Made by a program: the position numbers and the translations under genes | Shown here: positions 40,591-53,830 of the stretch, piece by piece | Numbering within the stretch: the stretch's first letter is position 1 | Layout: each line of letters starts with the position of its first letter | Notes under the pieces: generated by a model | The model's input: only the letters and a program-made list of their open reading frames with translations | The model's database searches: none | Told to the model about the DNA's origin: nothing | Source: Haliotis cracherodii | Lineage: Eukaryota | Direction: 5' to 3' | Assembly (NCBI RefSeq): GCF_022045235.1 | Contig: NW_027266267.1 | Coordinates: 23,746,001 to 23,810,000 of the forward strand | Length of the DNA stretch: 64,000 nucleotides

Positions 40591-41244
40591 ATGAGTCGCA
40601 GTTTTACTCTCCACTCAGAGGACAGCAGTATTTCAGAAGAGGAAGATAGCTTCAACCTTGCTATTATTGGAGATAGCAGTGTAGGAAAGTCAACCTTAAT
40701 CTGCAGACTCATCAAACACTGGACAGAACGGAGCAGCAAATCCCACAAGAAAAGTAAGAAACGTGGTAACGCTCGAGTTGATCTTGGAATCAAAGGGCGA
40801 AGTCTGACAGTCGATATTGTGGACACATCCACAACGAAGAGCTGCACCTTCCCGCAGGGACTCCCCTCCTTTGATGTATACGTGTTGGTGTACTCGCTGG
40901 TGTGTGATGACTCCTTTGAGTCTGTGGTAGCAGCCAGGGACCAGATCCTCCAGCAACAGGGACCTTCAGTCCCAATAGTGTTCGTGGCCAACAAGACAGA
41001 CATCGCTGACTCTGTAGATAAGACCGAGAGAATGTCCCGAGATCTGAACATTAGCTGTGAATGGGAACATGGACACGTAGAGATCTCGGCTGAGAAGGAC
41101 CTTAGTGTCTTACAGGTACTGGAACAGATTATGAAGCGACATCATAAACATGTTTCTGTGACTGATGAAAAAAAGACGCAATCACGTCTTTCTAAAAAGT
41201 TGCGATCAATCAAACATTTCTTTTTAAGGAATAGACAACGTTAA
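40591..41244 (+). CDS. Atypical Ras-like GTPase, copy 7
   Basis: Intact frame; mosaic of copy 6-like and copy 5-like variants. Confidence 0.8.
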   Translation: MSRSFTLHSEDSSISEEEDSFNLAIIGDSSVGKSTLICRLIKHWTERSSKSHKKSKKRGNARVDLGIKGRSLTVDIVDTSTTKSCTFPQGLPSFDVYVLVYSLVCDDSFESVVAARDQILQQQGPSVPIVFVANKTDIADSVDKTERMSRDLNISCEWEHGHVEISAEKDLSVLQVLEQIMKRHHKHVSVTDEKKTQSRLSKKLRSIKHFFLRNRQR

Positions 41245-41706
41245 AGTGGTATTTCAATTGAGGAACTTTCAGTGTCCAAAATAACACATTAACTGAAATT
41301 GTATGCATAATATATGTTCATGTCTTTTAACAATATGTCATACTCATAGTCACATAATACCAATAAATCAGTGAATATTTAAATCTGAATTTGTTTTTTT
41401 TAAAAGGATGTTTGATTTGTTCAAGAAGGGTACCATGTACGATGACACGCTTTAAGTCAAATCACAGAATCTGACCAGTATTTTCAGTCTGTGTAATCCA
41501 CAGAGGGACTGTCGTGTCATGAGTTCATGAGTATCGGTACAAACGGTATTGTCGATGTGGGCTAGTAGCACTTAGACACTTGATGTCATCAAGGCTAGAT
41601 AACTGCTTGGAATGACATGAAAAAGGGTCTTTCAGGAAATGATTGCAGTTTATAAATGAGTGATACTAGTTTAATCTAATGTTTCTCATTTGACAACATA
41701 CCTACC

Positions 41707-43147
41707 TTTGGAATCCCCGATCACCGAGTGTTTTACATCCCGAGGCATAATCGAGGAGGAGTGTTGTATCTAGCTTAGAAACCTTGGGGAAACTGAAAAT
41801 TTCGAGTGTATCAGAACTACGTTTTGATTCCCTGTACTGACGTAAGTTATAGAACGTTGATCAGATCATGCATGTGCCGATTATCACGCACTGCACGTGC
41901 AGATTGCTGGTACTTGGGAGAGGTTTTACAATTGTCATGTCACGTGACTAGGACGTAACCAAACATATCCTAGCTCACCGGATTATCACGCACTGCACGT
42001 GCAGATTGCCGATACTTGTGAGAGGTTTTACAATTGTCATGTCACGTGACCAGCTTCTTTTTAAACGTGCGCATTTCCACAGTAACCACACACTTTTACC
42101 GTGAACACGATGAGCGACGAGGACATCTTTCTAACCCATGCTCAGAAAATGGACACTTTCTACTACTCGCCATTAGCGAAACCCAAGGCAGACAGATGGT
42201 TCAGCAATTTCCCGATAGGACACAACACGCTTCAAAGCATAATCAAGCGACTGTGTCGGAATGCAGGAATCGAGGGAAAGCGAACAAATCACTCTCTCAG
42301 GGCAACTTCTGCCACCAGACTATACAGAGCCAACGTTAATGGGGAGCAGACAGGTAAAGCAACATTTTACGGATTGAAGTTTTAAAAAAAATATTTTTAC
42401 TTCCAAATTGGTGGCAAAGATAACATACAAATTATTTGTGGGCAACTATTTTGGAGTAGTGTTATCATTTGAAAGGTACAATTGATAGCGTATATGTTTC
42501 AGGCCATCGAAGCGAAACTGTGCGCACTTATAATCGGACATCCGAAGATCAGAAACTGCTGGCGTCGTACATCATCTATGGTGGTGGAAAGCAGAAAAAA
42601 TCTGTTACTGCCACTGCCACGAGACCACCTCCAGATGATGCTACTGCGCCGCCGTCAGTTGCTACTGCTACTGCTATTCCGTCATCTGCAGCACCACCAC
42701 CAGCCGTTTCCAGCGAAATTGTCTCTGATCACGAGTTGCGAGAGAAAACCAAAAAAGACGCTTCGCGGAACATTTGTGTCACATTCAACTTCAGCTGAAC
42801 TGTAAATGGCATGGTTTATGGCATCTCAGAATAAACATTCTTGAAATTGAAACATGTGTGTGTTGATTTATTTTAAAGAACTAATCCGCTACCCCACGCC
42901 TGGTTTGCGCCATGGGTCAGGTTAATAAATCTGTTGGTAAAACCTCAAGTGAGGGGCAGGTCAATAAACAACCTGAACAACTCTACCAGAAAGGGACAAG
43001 TTAATAAATCTTCAGTATGGACCTCCCTCTGATCAGCAAGTATACTTGTTGGATAATCAGTAGTGAGCGGTACATGCAGACTGGCGGTCATTCCACGATA
43101 GCAATGCACCCACGAAACAATAGACATAATTTACCCTAGGTTTCTAA
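41707..43147 (+). mobile_element. Crypton-like element, left end deleted
   Basis: Duplicate of 32173-33613; intron 42354-42502. Confidence 0.8.
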
Positions 43148-46100
43148 TGTTCCATCAGGGTTGAATAGCAACCTGCTATCTGAGAGTATATTGACCTAAC
43201 ATTTTAAATGGAATGTATGTGTTTGATGTTTGACGCCACACAGCACTACTCCTGCCATACCATGGGGTTCTGAAAAGGCAGTCGAAAATACCGGTGTTAG
43301 TATCTGGTGTATCTGTGAGTCTCACTGGAAAAGGCTTGTCTGAAAGGAATAGGACAGAGTTTTAGTCTAATGTTTCGTGTCCGTCACGCCCTGCCGGAGA
43401 CGTGTAAAACGTTAGGTGCCGTTTACCACGGTCGAACCCTTGAGCCACTTTCGGCTATTTGAAGTGGAAAGTCACATGGACTGGTATTCTACAGTTTCTT
43501 ACACATGTCACTTGCTATACACTTTAAACCATCTCCGTGGTGTATTTGATAGAACATCTACCCAGACAGCGGATAGTCAGTAGTTCAATTCCCTGACCGC
43601 TGTATACCAAAATATATGTAAATATGTTATAATTACTTGTTACCCTTCCGGGTTTAGGGGGATTAGTCAAGAACTTGTCGGCCTGGAGTTTAACGTACCC
43701 GGGAGGGTTATCAATGTTAATCTGACGCATGCACGCACGAACGCACGCACGCACGCACGCAGTAGCATTTAGGTGACATCATTGGGGATAGGTGACGTCA
43801 CGTTCAATAGTGACGTCATCTGGTTTGTTCTCTGACGTTTCCATATTTGTAAAAGTGGGTCAGTGACATTTGTGTTGATTGCAGTAAATGTTTTAAAACC
43901 GATATTGTTGTTTCTTTTTATTTGATAACAAATTCCATTTTTCTGGGCATTATCATTTGCAGAAGTAGCCAGTCTTCGTCGGGCAGTTAATGGAAGACCT
44001 CGGGCTTCTGCAAATGATGATGCCCTGAAAAATAGCGTTACCCTTATAATACTAATTGGGGCGGTCAGGTAGCCTAGTGGTTAAAGCGTTCGCTCGTCAC
44101 GCCAAAGACCCGGGTTCAATTCCCGACATGGGTACAATGTGTGCTGCCGAATTCTGGTGTCCCCCGCTGTGATATTGCTGGAATATTGCTAAAAGCGGCG
44201 TAAAACCATACTCACTCACTCACTCACTCACTATAATACTAATCAACTTAACAGACTCGCGTTGCCTCCTGACGTACAGGCATTAGCCGGTAGTTACACA
44301 TTACATTTATCACACATTCCCCTGTTTAACACACCCAGTAATGATACGTGCTTCACACTCAGGATGTTTCAGGATGTGTGAAAGAATAAATATTGCTTTA
44401 CGCCGCATCAGCAATATTACAGTTAGTCGCCTCGAGAACCAGTATGTGCATATAAAGAACTGTTATATAAGGATGATGTTATATAAGTCCGTGTGACAGT
44501 TTACTGATGCTGTGGCAACTGGCAAATTTGTAATTTTAGTGGTTGTTTCAGAAGGGGTTCTGGTGATTGAAGCATAGGTTTCTTTAGGTTCTGAGGTTGG
44601 CATCGACAAAACTAAGTTTGTGAATTGTATTTTGTTTATTTCCATTTGCTGTTTCTAGATTGGACAGTTTTTAGAGAAAGATGGGTGATAACCTCAGCAG
44701 TTCATGCCTTTTTTATAAATGCTGTCGCAATCTTCCGTTACGTGTGTCTTTTCCCAATGTGCAAGTACTCATGTGATGTCCATACTTTTGACATTTGAAT
44801 CACCTCAAAGGGTTAGGAATGAAGATGCAAACCTTATGAATGCAATAGCCTGGTTTAAATGATTTGTATGCAGTAAGGGCAGAAAACGAAAAGATGTATG
44901 TGTTTGTTTCAACAGTCTTGTTGTCTTTTCGCATTGTGAATCGTTTGGCATATGCCACTCAGCAAACAATCGATCCCAGTCTCTTACAATACCTTTGCTG
45001 GTGTTCAGTGTTCTGTGAGGAGAGATCAGAACAGGGACTGCAACAAATCTATTGCCGATTACAGATTAGTTGCTTGTTGTTTTTCATTATATTCAAGTGA
45101 TAGGGACCTTGTGTGCAAGCGTTTAATGTTCTTTACTTCTCCTGGAGTGTCATGAAGACGAAGCCAATTACAACTTGATCTTGGACTTGCAGCACCAAGA
45201 ATATCCGGATGACATTCACATTGAGAAAAGTCAAAAGATAACTTTTTAACCAGATCGGCCTATGCGCCACAGCCTTTTGGCACTGACATTTAGGTAATTT
45301 TTGCATTTAAGAAGTAGAGTTAAAATAAATGAACATGAATAATCAAACATTTCCATTTTACATATACACTTCCAAGTCAAATAGTGATAGAACAAGAAGA
45401 GTAAGGTGTCCATAGCATGGCCAGCCAATTGATAGGGCGGGGCCTAACCTAACAACCCTCCAGGCAACATAAGGGTCACGTACAGGGGTGTTTTGCGTAA
45501 AGGTACCAGTACCTCAACTACCAGAATCCAATCCTCCACCGAGGACTTCGTGTGAAAAACTTAGCAATTTTGGGGTGTGAAACTATAGAAACTTAGGTTA
45601 ATCTTTCGTTGATTGGTAATACCCTACACTGGATGAGTTCACCAGTTAACGATCATAACGATCACATTGCCCTCGGTATTCAAAAGTATGATACTGGTCA
45701 TATTGGCGCAAGTATCAAAATGGCTCTAGTATCCTTAAGTCTGATACTGGAGATATTTCCTCACGTATCCTAAAGTATCATAATTGTCCCATTACCTCAG
45801 ATGTCTTGAAGTCTGATACTGGTCAATTACCAAATTGAGCAACGCGTTGCTCTCCCTATTCGAAATTTACCTGAGTAGCGTGGGCACTAGTGGCGGAAAG
45901 CCCAATATCTCAGCTTTTTAAGGTGTCACAACTCTGATTCACACCTTTTAACGCGTAACGAAGAGTCATCAGAAAGATGATATTTCCGGCAGCTGTCGGT
46001 AAAGTAACGCAAATTTAATGTGCAAATCTGGGTCAAGAGTTGAATGTTCTTGAAAAAGCATACATGTTTTTCCCACAAAAGATGCACCATGGTCGCTTCC

Positions 46101-47178
46101 GTGAAACTAGCAATCGTGTCCTTGTCCAACTTCTTTCCATAAAGATTTGTAAAAATCTATATTTTAAGTATTTCAAAAGAGCAAAAGGCACCACTTCAGC
46201 ATATGACTGATACATCTTTCAAGTTTTCGAGCAAATATACTGAATGACTTACGAATTCTGCCCCGGAAACGAACTCCATTCCCAATGGAGTCTATGTCCA
46301 ACTTCTGTCCCTAAAATTTAAAAAAAAATAACATTTGAAAAATCCCATGATAGATTTTCCAAGTTTCTATCAGTTACACTTAATAGTTTTCGATTTCTGC
46401 CATGGTAAAGGAAATAATTATGGACAGACATACGGACAGACGGACGGACGAGCAGACAGGCTGGCGTCTTATAGAAACAGTTAGCATTTGTGAATGGTAC
46501 TAATGAAAGTGTATTCTATCAGTTGTATAAAGTCACAACTTTTAACAATAGTGAGAAAATATACATCTGAAAGACCATAAATTGGATGGAACAATTGTTG
46601 GGATTGAATGGAAAATAAGGTAAGTCTTCTCATGGCTAAACTTCATAATGCAAGATGAGTGACTTTAATTTCGCTGATTAGTTATGCTCTACACGAGAGG
46701 AGACAATCAGGCCATGTCATTTTATAAGGTATCCCAACGTCTTACTATAAAGATCAAATTTCTCAGGTATCCCAAAGTCTTTGCGCTTTCCTCCTACACT
46801 AAGCTGATACGCCGTGATATAGCTGGAATACTGTTAAAAGCGGCACTAAAACCAACTCACTGACTCCTTCAAGATGCAAGGAACGAAATACTTAAATATT
46901 AAAAAAAGGTGTTTAAACACGTTCTCTAATGAAGCGTGTGTCACTGGATTGCAACGTGGAACAGATGTTCGCACATTTCTTGGCCAATGAGTGCAATGCA
47001 GTACAAGTCAATACAGATACATGGTAAGGGCTGAGAGTTTTCTGATACAGTTATGGAACATGTCTACCATTTCAATTTACACACATTACCTCTATAAAAG
47101 AAAGGGATACTGCCTTACCACATCATAGTGTAGTTGTAAACCACATCACTATTGAGTATCAAGAACATTGTATCAAAT

Positions 47179-47865
47179 ATGAGTCGCAGATTTACTCTCC
47201 ACTCAGAGGTCAGCAGTATTTCAGAAGAGGAAGATAGCTTCAACCTTGCTGTTATTGGAGATAGCAGTGTAGGAAAGTCAACCTTAATCTGCAGACTCAT
47301 CAAACACTGGACAGAACGGAGCAGCAAATCCCACAAGAAAAGTAAGAAACGTGGTAACGCTCGAGTTGATCTTGGAATCAAAGGGCGAAGTCTGACAGTC
47401 GATATTGTGGACACATCCACAACGAAGAGCTGCACCTTCCCGCAGGGACTCCCCTCCTTTGATGCATACGTGTTGGTGTACTCGCTGGTGTGTGATGACT
47501 CCTTTGAGTCTGTGGTAGCAGCCAGGGACCAGATCCTCCAGCAACAGGGACCTTCAGTCCCAATAGTGTTCGTGGCCAACAAGACAGACATCGCTGACTC
47601 TGTAGATAAGACCGAGAGAATGTCCCGAGATCTGAACATTAGATGTGAATGGGAATATGGACACGTAGAGATCTCGGCTGAGAAGGATTTCAGTGTCATA
47701 CAGGTACTGGAACAGATTATGAAGCGACATCATAAACATGTTTCTGTGACTGATAAAAAAAAGACGCACTCACGTCTTTCTAAAAAGTTGCGATCAATCA
47801 GAAATTTCTTTTTAAGGAATAGACGACACAAAAGTGGCATTTCCATTGAGGGACGTCCACAGTAA
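47179..47865 (+). CDS. Atypical Ras-like GTPase, copy 8 (228 aa, long C-terminus)
   Basis: Intact frame, ends RNRRHKSGISIEGRPQ. Confidence 0.8.
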   Translation: MSRRFTLHSEVSSISEEEDSFNLAVIGDSSVGKSTLICRLIKHWTERSSKSHKKSKKRGNARVDLGIKGRSLTVDIVDTSTTKSCTFPQGLPSFDAYVLVYSLVCDDSFESVVAARDQILQQQGPSVPIVFVANKTDIADSVDKTERMSRDLNIRCEWEYGHVEISAEKDFSVIQVLEQIMKRHHKHVSVTDKKKTHSRLSKKLRSIRNFFLRNRRHKSGISIEGRPQ

Positions 47866-49254
47866 CTGAAATGGAATAGACGACGCTGAAGTGGCATTAC
47901 TATTGAGGGACGTTCAGTGTCCAAAATAAAACAGTAACTGAAATTGTATGCATAATATATGTTCATGTCTTTTAACAATATGTCATACTCATAGTTACAT
48001 ATTACCAATAAATCATTGAATATTTAAATCTGAATTTGTTTTTTAAAATGATGTTTAGTTTGTCCAAGAAGGGTACCATGTACGATGACACGCTTTAAGT
48101 CAAATCACACATTCTGACCAGTATTTTAAGTCTGTGTAATCCACAGAGGGACTGTCGTGACACGAGTTCATGAGTATCGGTACAAACGGTATGGTCGATG
48201 TGGGCTAGTAGCACTTACACACTTGATGTCAACAAGGCTAGATAGATAACTGCTTGGCATGGCATAAAAAGAAGTTCTTTCAGGAGATGATTGCAGTTTA
48301 AAAATGAGTGATACTAGTTTAATGACATGTTTCTCATTTGACAACATACCTATCTTTGAACCACTCATCATGAGAATAACATCCAAAATGTTGTTTCCTC
48401 AAAATGTATTTACTATGCCTGAAGGGTGTCTGTTCGTAGTACATTACATTGAAACCTATAAAGGGTGTATTTGTAAGTGGCCATGTCAATAGTTGAAATC
48501 AGTACAATAAAAATAAACACACGCGTCGTCTAGTAGTATCTTTCATATTTTTCAGTGTTCTATTAGGGTTGAATAGCAGCCTGCTATCTGACAGTATATT
48601 GTCCTAACATGTTTTTTGGAATGTATGTGTTTGATGTTTGACGCCACACAGCACTACTCCTGCAGTCGCAAATACCGGTGCTAGTGCTAGTGCTAGACAG
48701 TGGATAGTCAGTAGTTCAATTCCCTGGCCGCTATATACCAAAATATATGTAAATAAGTTATAATGTTTTGTTATCCTGTCGGGTTGAGGGGGATTAGTCA
48801 AGAACTTGACGGCCTGAAGTATAACGCACACGGATGGGTTATCAATGTTAATCTGACGCACGCACGCACGCACGCACGCAATAGTATTAATCTTCAGTAA
48901 TCCATGCTTGACGTAATAGGAGCCAGACGGGATCTGATGGTCGGGCTAGTAGACTTGGTTGATGCATGTCACGGCATCCAACTGCAAATATCGATGCCCA
49001 CGATATCAGTCATTGGAATGTCTGGTCCAGATTCGATTTCGATTCGTCATATAGCTGGACTATTGCTGAGTACGGCGTTAAAGAACACCAAAGAGAACTA
49101 AGCTCATTAACATACTATCTCAATAATATTCACCCTCATCTGAAAATACTGTATGACTGTTCTACATGTACATGGGCAACATCTGATAGGCGGCAATCCG
49201 GCTGATATTAGAACGAAATTACACTGGACAAGTTCATCTGGGGCAATATGATCC

Positions 49255-49486
49255 ATTATCAAGCCCGTTGTTGGGTGACGTCATAGGTAGGGATAGGTGA
49301 CGTCACGTTCAATGATAACAAATTCCATCCATATTAACTATAATAACGGTAACGCTATTTTTCATGGCATTATCATTTGCAGAAGAAGCAAGTCTTTTCA
49401 ACTGCCTTCCTTTGTCGGGCAGTTAATGGAAGACCTCAGGCTTCTGCAAATGATAATGCCCTGAAGAACTGCGTTACCCTTATAAT
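49255..49486 (-). mobile_element. Non-autonomous hairpin element (putatively Crypton-type); partial copies in every unit (e.g. 5500-5757, 39666-39925)
   Basis: ~140-nt imperfect palindrome with perfect 20-bp arms at 49366-49385 and 49441-49460; contains TGACGTCA motifs. Confidence 0.5.
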
Positions 49487-50869
49487 ACTAATCACCTGAA
49501 CAGACGGGCGTTGCCTCCTGACGTACAGGCATGAGCCGGTAGTTACACATTACATTCATCTCACGGTTCCCCAGTTTAACACACCCAGTAATGATACGTG
49601 CTTCAAACTCTTAGGTGTTTCCATTGCAGCTTTATCCAAACTGTCTCAGGTGTGTCGCTTGACGCAGAGAAGTGACTCACTACTCCATCATAAGTTTTCA
49701 GGATGTGTGAATGAATAAATATTGCTTGACGCCGCATCAGCGATATAACTGTTAGTCGCGTCGAGAACCAGTATGTGCATATAAAGAACTGTTGTCTAAG
49801 GATGATAGAAAATATCAGGCACATATCACAGACAAACGAGTGAAACTTACTATCTGCTGCAAAATCTTTATGTCCTCAAAAAGATGAATTTATTTCAAGA
49901 ATGCTAAAATCTTAATATAGTTATGAACTTGAGTAAAACGTGCTTTCATAGAATAAAGTATTTATGACAGATTAAAGCTGGAAAGCAAGCAAAAGATGTG
50001 AATGCCCTACTCGGCAACGACGTAGAACAACATCATCTCTCCGACAGGCAAAAACTGACATTGTTATGATTAATCAGTGCTGAGTATTAGGGTTGGTTGG
50101 TTGGTTTGTTGTTTAACGCCGCACTTAGCAATATTCCAGCTATATGACGGCGGTCTGTAAATAATCGAGTCTGGACCAGACAATCCAGTGATTAATATCA
50201 TGAGCATCGATCCACGCAATTGTGATCGATGACATGTTTCGACCACGTCAGCGAGCCTGACTACCCGATCCCGTTAGTCGCCTTTTACGACATGCATAGT
50301 CACCTTTTACGGCAAGCATGGAGACCTATTCTACCCCGGAATCTTCACGAGTAATATCAATTGTTATGCTCACTGCAATGAAAATATCACTTTTCTCAAC
50401 CTCGGAAAACTCTTTTCACCTTAAGAATATGATGAAATGATGGCATGTATCAACCAAGTCAGCGAGCCTGACCACCCGATCCCGTTAGTCGCCATTTACG
50501 ACATAATCACCTTTTACGGCAAGCATGGAGACCTATTCTACCCCGGAATCTTCGCAGGTCCTGAGTCTTGTGCATTTTGTTAGTTGTTTGTCTATTCTCA
50601 GTTGATTGCAAACACTGATTGACATTGACAAACGTAATGCCTAGAAATTTGGTCCCTTTAGGTGAAATTCTGGGTCAGAATGTACTCTCCGTTTGTGTAC
50701 ACGTGTACACATGCTTTAGTTTTAGAAAACTTAAACCTGTTTTCCAACGACCACTTCTGTATTTTGTTGGGACAAAGATGTAATTGTCTTTCAACATTGT
50801 TCATATTTGTACCTCTGCATAAGATCGTCAACAAACAGTGATCCAGTATTCATTTCAAACCTCAGCAAA

Positions 50870-51055
50870 GCTGTTTATTCAAAACTAGAAAGAGTGACTG
50901 ATGAAATACTACCTAGAGGGACTCCCATTTCCTGATCATATAATTCAAATATTGTGGGGATCTGAATTATGCTGAATTTCCGCGTGGTTTCATGAGCTTT
51001 CTCCAAATAAACAAAGATGGAGACCACGAGTTGTTTATTTAAAAAAACCGTCTCA
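50870..51055 (-). mobile_element. LINE RT fragment
   Basis: SIFVYLEKAHET (cf. xDLEKAYD) and GVPLGSISSVTL (cf. GVPQGS). Confidence 0.6.
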
Positions 51056-51099
51056 TACAAATGATTCTAATATAAACGAGATGATCAGTGGCGATTCAT

Positions 51100-53830
51100 A
51101 TGTTGTCTTCAGAATTGCTCGTCGTAAAAGGCGAACGAATTGGGCAACCTGTTTTGCCATGGGTTGCGCCCCTGTGTCTGTGGAGGACGGGATTCTGATG
51201 GTTGAGGGCGATGGAGCCAAGAACAGTGTTCCTTTTGCCCAACAGACCACCTTGACCCTTACTTCACCCAGACGGGTGGTAGAATGGGCCCGATTCTATC
51301 AATCGGCTGGTCATGCCATGCCCTGAGCATGGAAACCATTCATGTGTAACTTATTTTGACTTATTTCACAATTCATGAATGTTACAAGAATTGCCTAAAG
51401 TCCCAAGCCAGTAGGCGGTGGCTCATTGGCCAATCCGGTGATACAGACCTCTGAAATCTGTGGTTCTTGAGAATGTTGTGGGCCGAACCATCCTGACATT
51501 TATTCTTTTGTTTTCAGAGCTTTTCATGTCTTTATTTCAGGAGTATAACGTCCCTGTAGCCCTGGTGTTGCAGGCTAGCTTCCACTGCAATATTGTCCAT
51601 GTTGACACTCGACGGCGGGTGGGGAGCAGGGATGCCGAATCAATCTTATTTCCATCATGGCTCTTCACAACTCTTCTGGTTCATCAAAGCTCCACAAACG
51701 TTGTCATATTGATCTCAAGTTTCGAATTCCTGGCTTAGGTTTATAGTCATAGATTCTGTTGACAGGTTACCGTTATAGTTAAATCCCTTTGCCATATCCA
51801 AGGCCACAGGCCACTGATGTCAAGCAGAGGGATTGTGCGGGACCGGGCGCATTGTCTGACGGACATTAATGAAGAGGAAATTGTCACTGAAATGAAAAAT
51901 CAAGGTGTTATCATGATAAAAAGATTTACTAACAAGTATAATGATGGAACCATAAACAAGACCCATGCCCATCTTTTCACCTTTTCCCAGTCAACAAAGT
52001 CTTTAAGAGCTGGCTATTTCAACATCAGAGTATGGGTTTACATACCAAACCCACTCCGGTGTTTCCAATGTCTATAATTTGGCCATGGTGCCAAGGCCGT
52101 GCGTACCAAGCCTGTGATTTGCTGCCACTGCAGTGGCGCTCATGACAGCTCCGAGTGCACCAATGATGTCAAATGTGCTAACTGTAGCAGTGAGCACCTT
52201 GCCTTTTCTTAAACATATCCAGTTTTTGATCATTAGACCAAAATTCTAGCCCACTTGACTAAAAAAGAGAAAACACAAATGGAGAAAATGACCAGGGTAA
52301 TCCCGGTACAGGTACATAATCTATTTCAACCTCTAGAGATAGAGTTTGGTCACTCACTCTCAATCATGGGAATGGACCTTCTTCGCTCTCGTTCTCAAGT
52401 TGAACCCACACGAAAACCTCAGATAATATCATTCAATGGAACTGTAGAGGACTAAAGAACAATTTTAATGATTTACAATTATTAATACAAGACCTCAACC
52501 ACTAGCATATTGTCTACAGGTAACCTATTTTAGAGATACAGATCAACTTGATATAAGACGGTACAATTCATATAATTTCTTTTTAAATTTTACAAAGTCC
52601 AATTGGTCTTTATTTCACACATTATGCACTGAAAGATTAAAACCCGAATTATTTCTAAATGCTAATTATTCCATTCAAGTCTTTTCTTATGAATATAATA
52701 TATCTACGGTTCCACGTATTCGTAAACCATGGTTTAACATTGGCTGCAAACAAGCAAGAAGGGCTCCTTAGAAGGCAGAATTATATTTTTGTCGTCATCC
52801 CACAGCCCATAACTTAAATCAATTTCATATTTAAGCAAAATAAACGACAGTCATGGCAAAGGTTTGTTTCTAAAAATGATTGACGAACACCGATTTCTAA
52901 GGTGTGGAATATGGTACAAATAATTAAAGGAAAAGGGTGCAAATCCAGTGTTCGCCATCTAAAGTAGGGTGACACTCTTCTAACAGATAAATCTCACATT
53001 GATAATAAAGACAGTTAAATATTAGCTAAACATTTCTCATCATCCAAGTATGTACCAAACTTTCATATATTTAGAAAGAAAAGTAAATTGATTTTTTAAG
53101 TTTGATAACAGTGACGATTATAATGAAATCTTTTCCATTCATGAGCTCCACATCGCCTTTGGACAAGCTCATGATACTGCTTTCGGACCGTATAATATTC
53201 ATTATCAGCTGCTTAAAGATTTATTTGAATCGTGTTGAAACAATGCTAAATATCGTTTACAATATTTGGACTTGTGGTAATTTTCCATCATCATGGCGAA
53301 ATGTTACTGTTATCCCTATACCTAAGCCTGGTCTGGGTCATACATATCGCTCTAATTATAGACCAATATCCCTTACTAGCTGCGTTTGTAAGACTATGGA
53401 ACGAATGATAAATAATCATTTTGTTTGGTATTTGGAAACCAACAATCTCATTATATGCAATGTGGTTTCCGCAACAATCGAAGTACCTTCGATCATTTAG
53501 TACGTTAAGAATATTTTATTAAAAATTCCATGATTAATAAACAACATGCTGTATCTATCGTTTATGATCTCGAAAAGGTATATTATACCAAATGGAAGTA
53601 TGGCATTTCAAACGATCTTCATGATTGTTGTTTAAGGGGCCGTTTGCCTCTATTTATATATTTTTAAAAGATAGACAATTTCAAATTTGTGTGGGTTCAA
53701 CCCTGTCTGACCATTACAGAGTGTACCACAAGGCAGTATCCTGTCTGCCACATTGTTTAGCATTAAGATAAACAGTTTATCAAAAGTTTGATTCAATATG
53801 GATCACTTTTTGTGGATGAATTTAATATTG
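51100..53830 (+). mobile_element. Decayed I/Nimb-like LINE (5'UTR, ORF1 CCHC knuckles, RT fragments)
   Basis: YIPNPLRCFQC..FGH, CANC...H; SWRNVTVIPIPKPG...NYRPISLTSCVCKTMERM; VPQGSILSATLF; many stops, frameshifts and deletions. Confidence 0.85.

Larger units (their letters stand above)
1..49982 (+). repeat. Tandem gene array with higher-order structure (probably continues left of the window)
   Basis: Position 1 matches 14833. Gene offsets: copy1->3 14827, copy3->5 14209, copy5->7 9534, copy6->8 9541. Confidence 0.95.
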
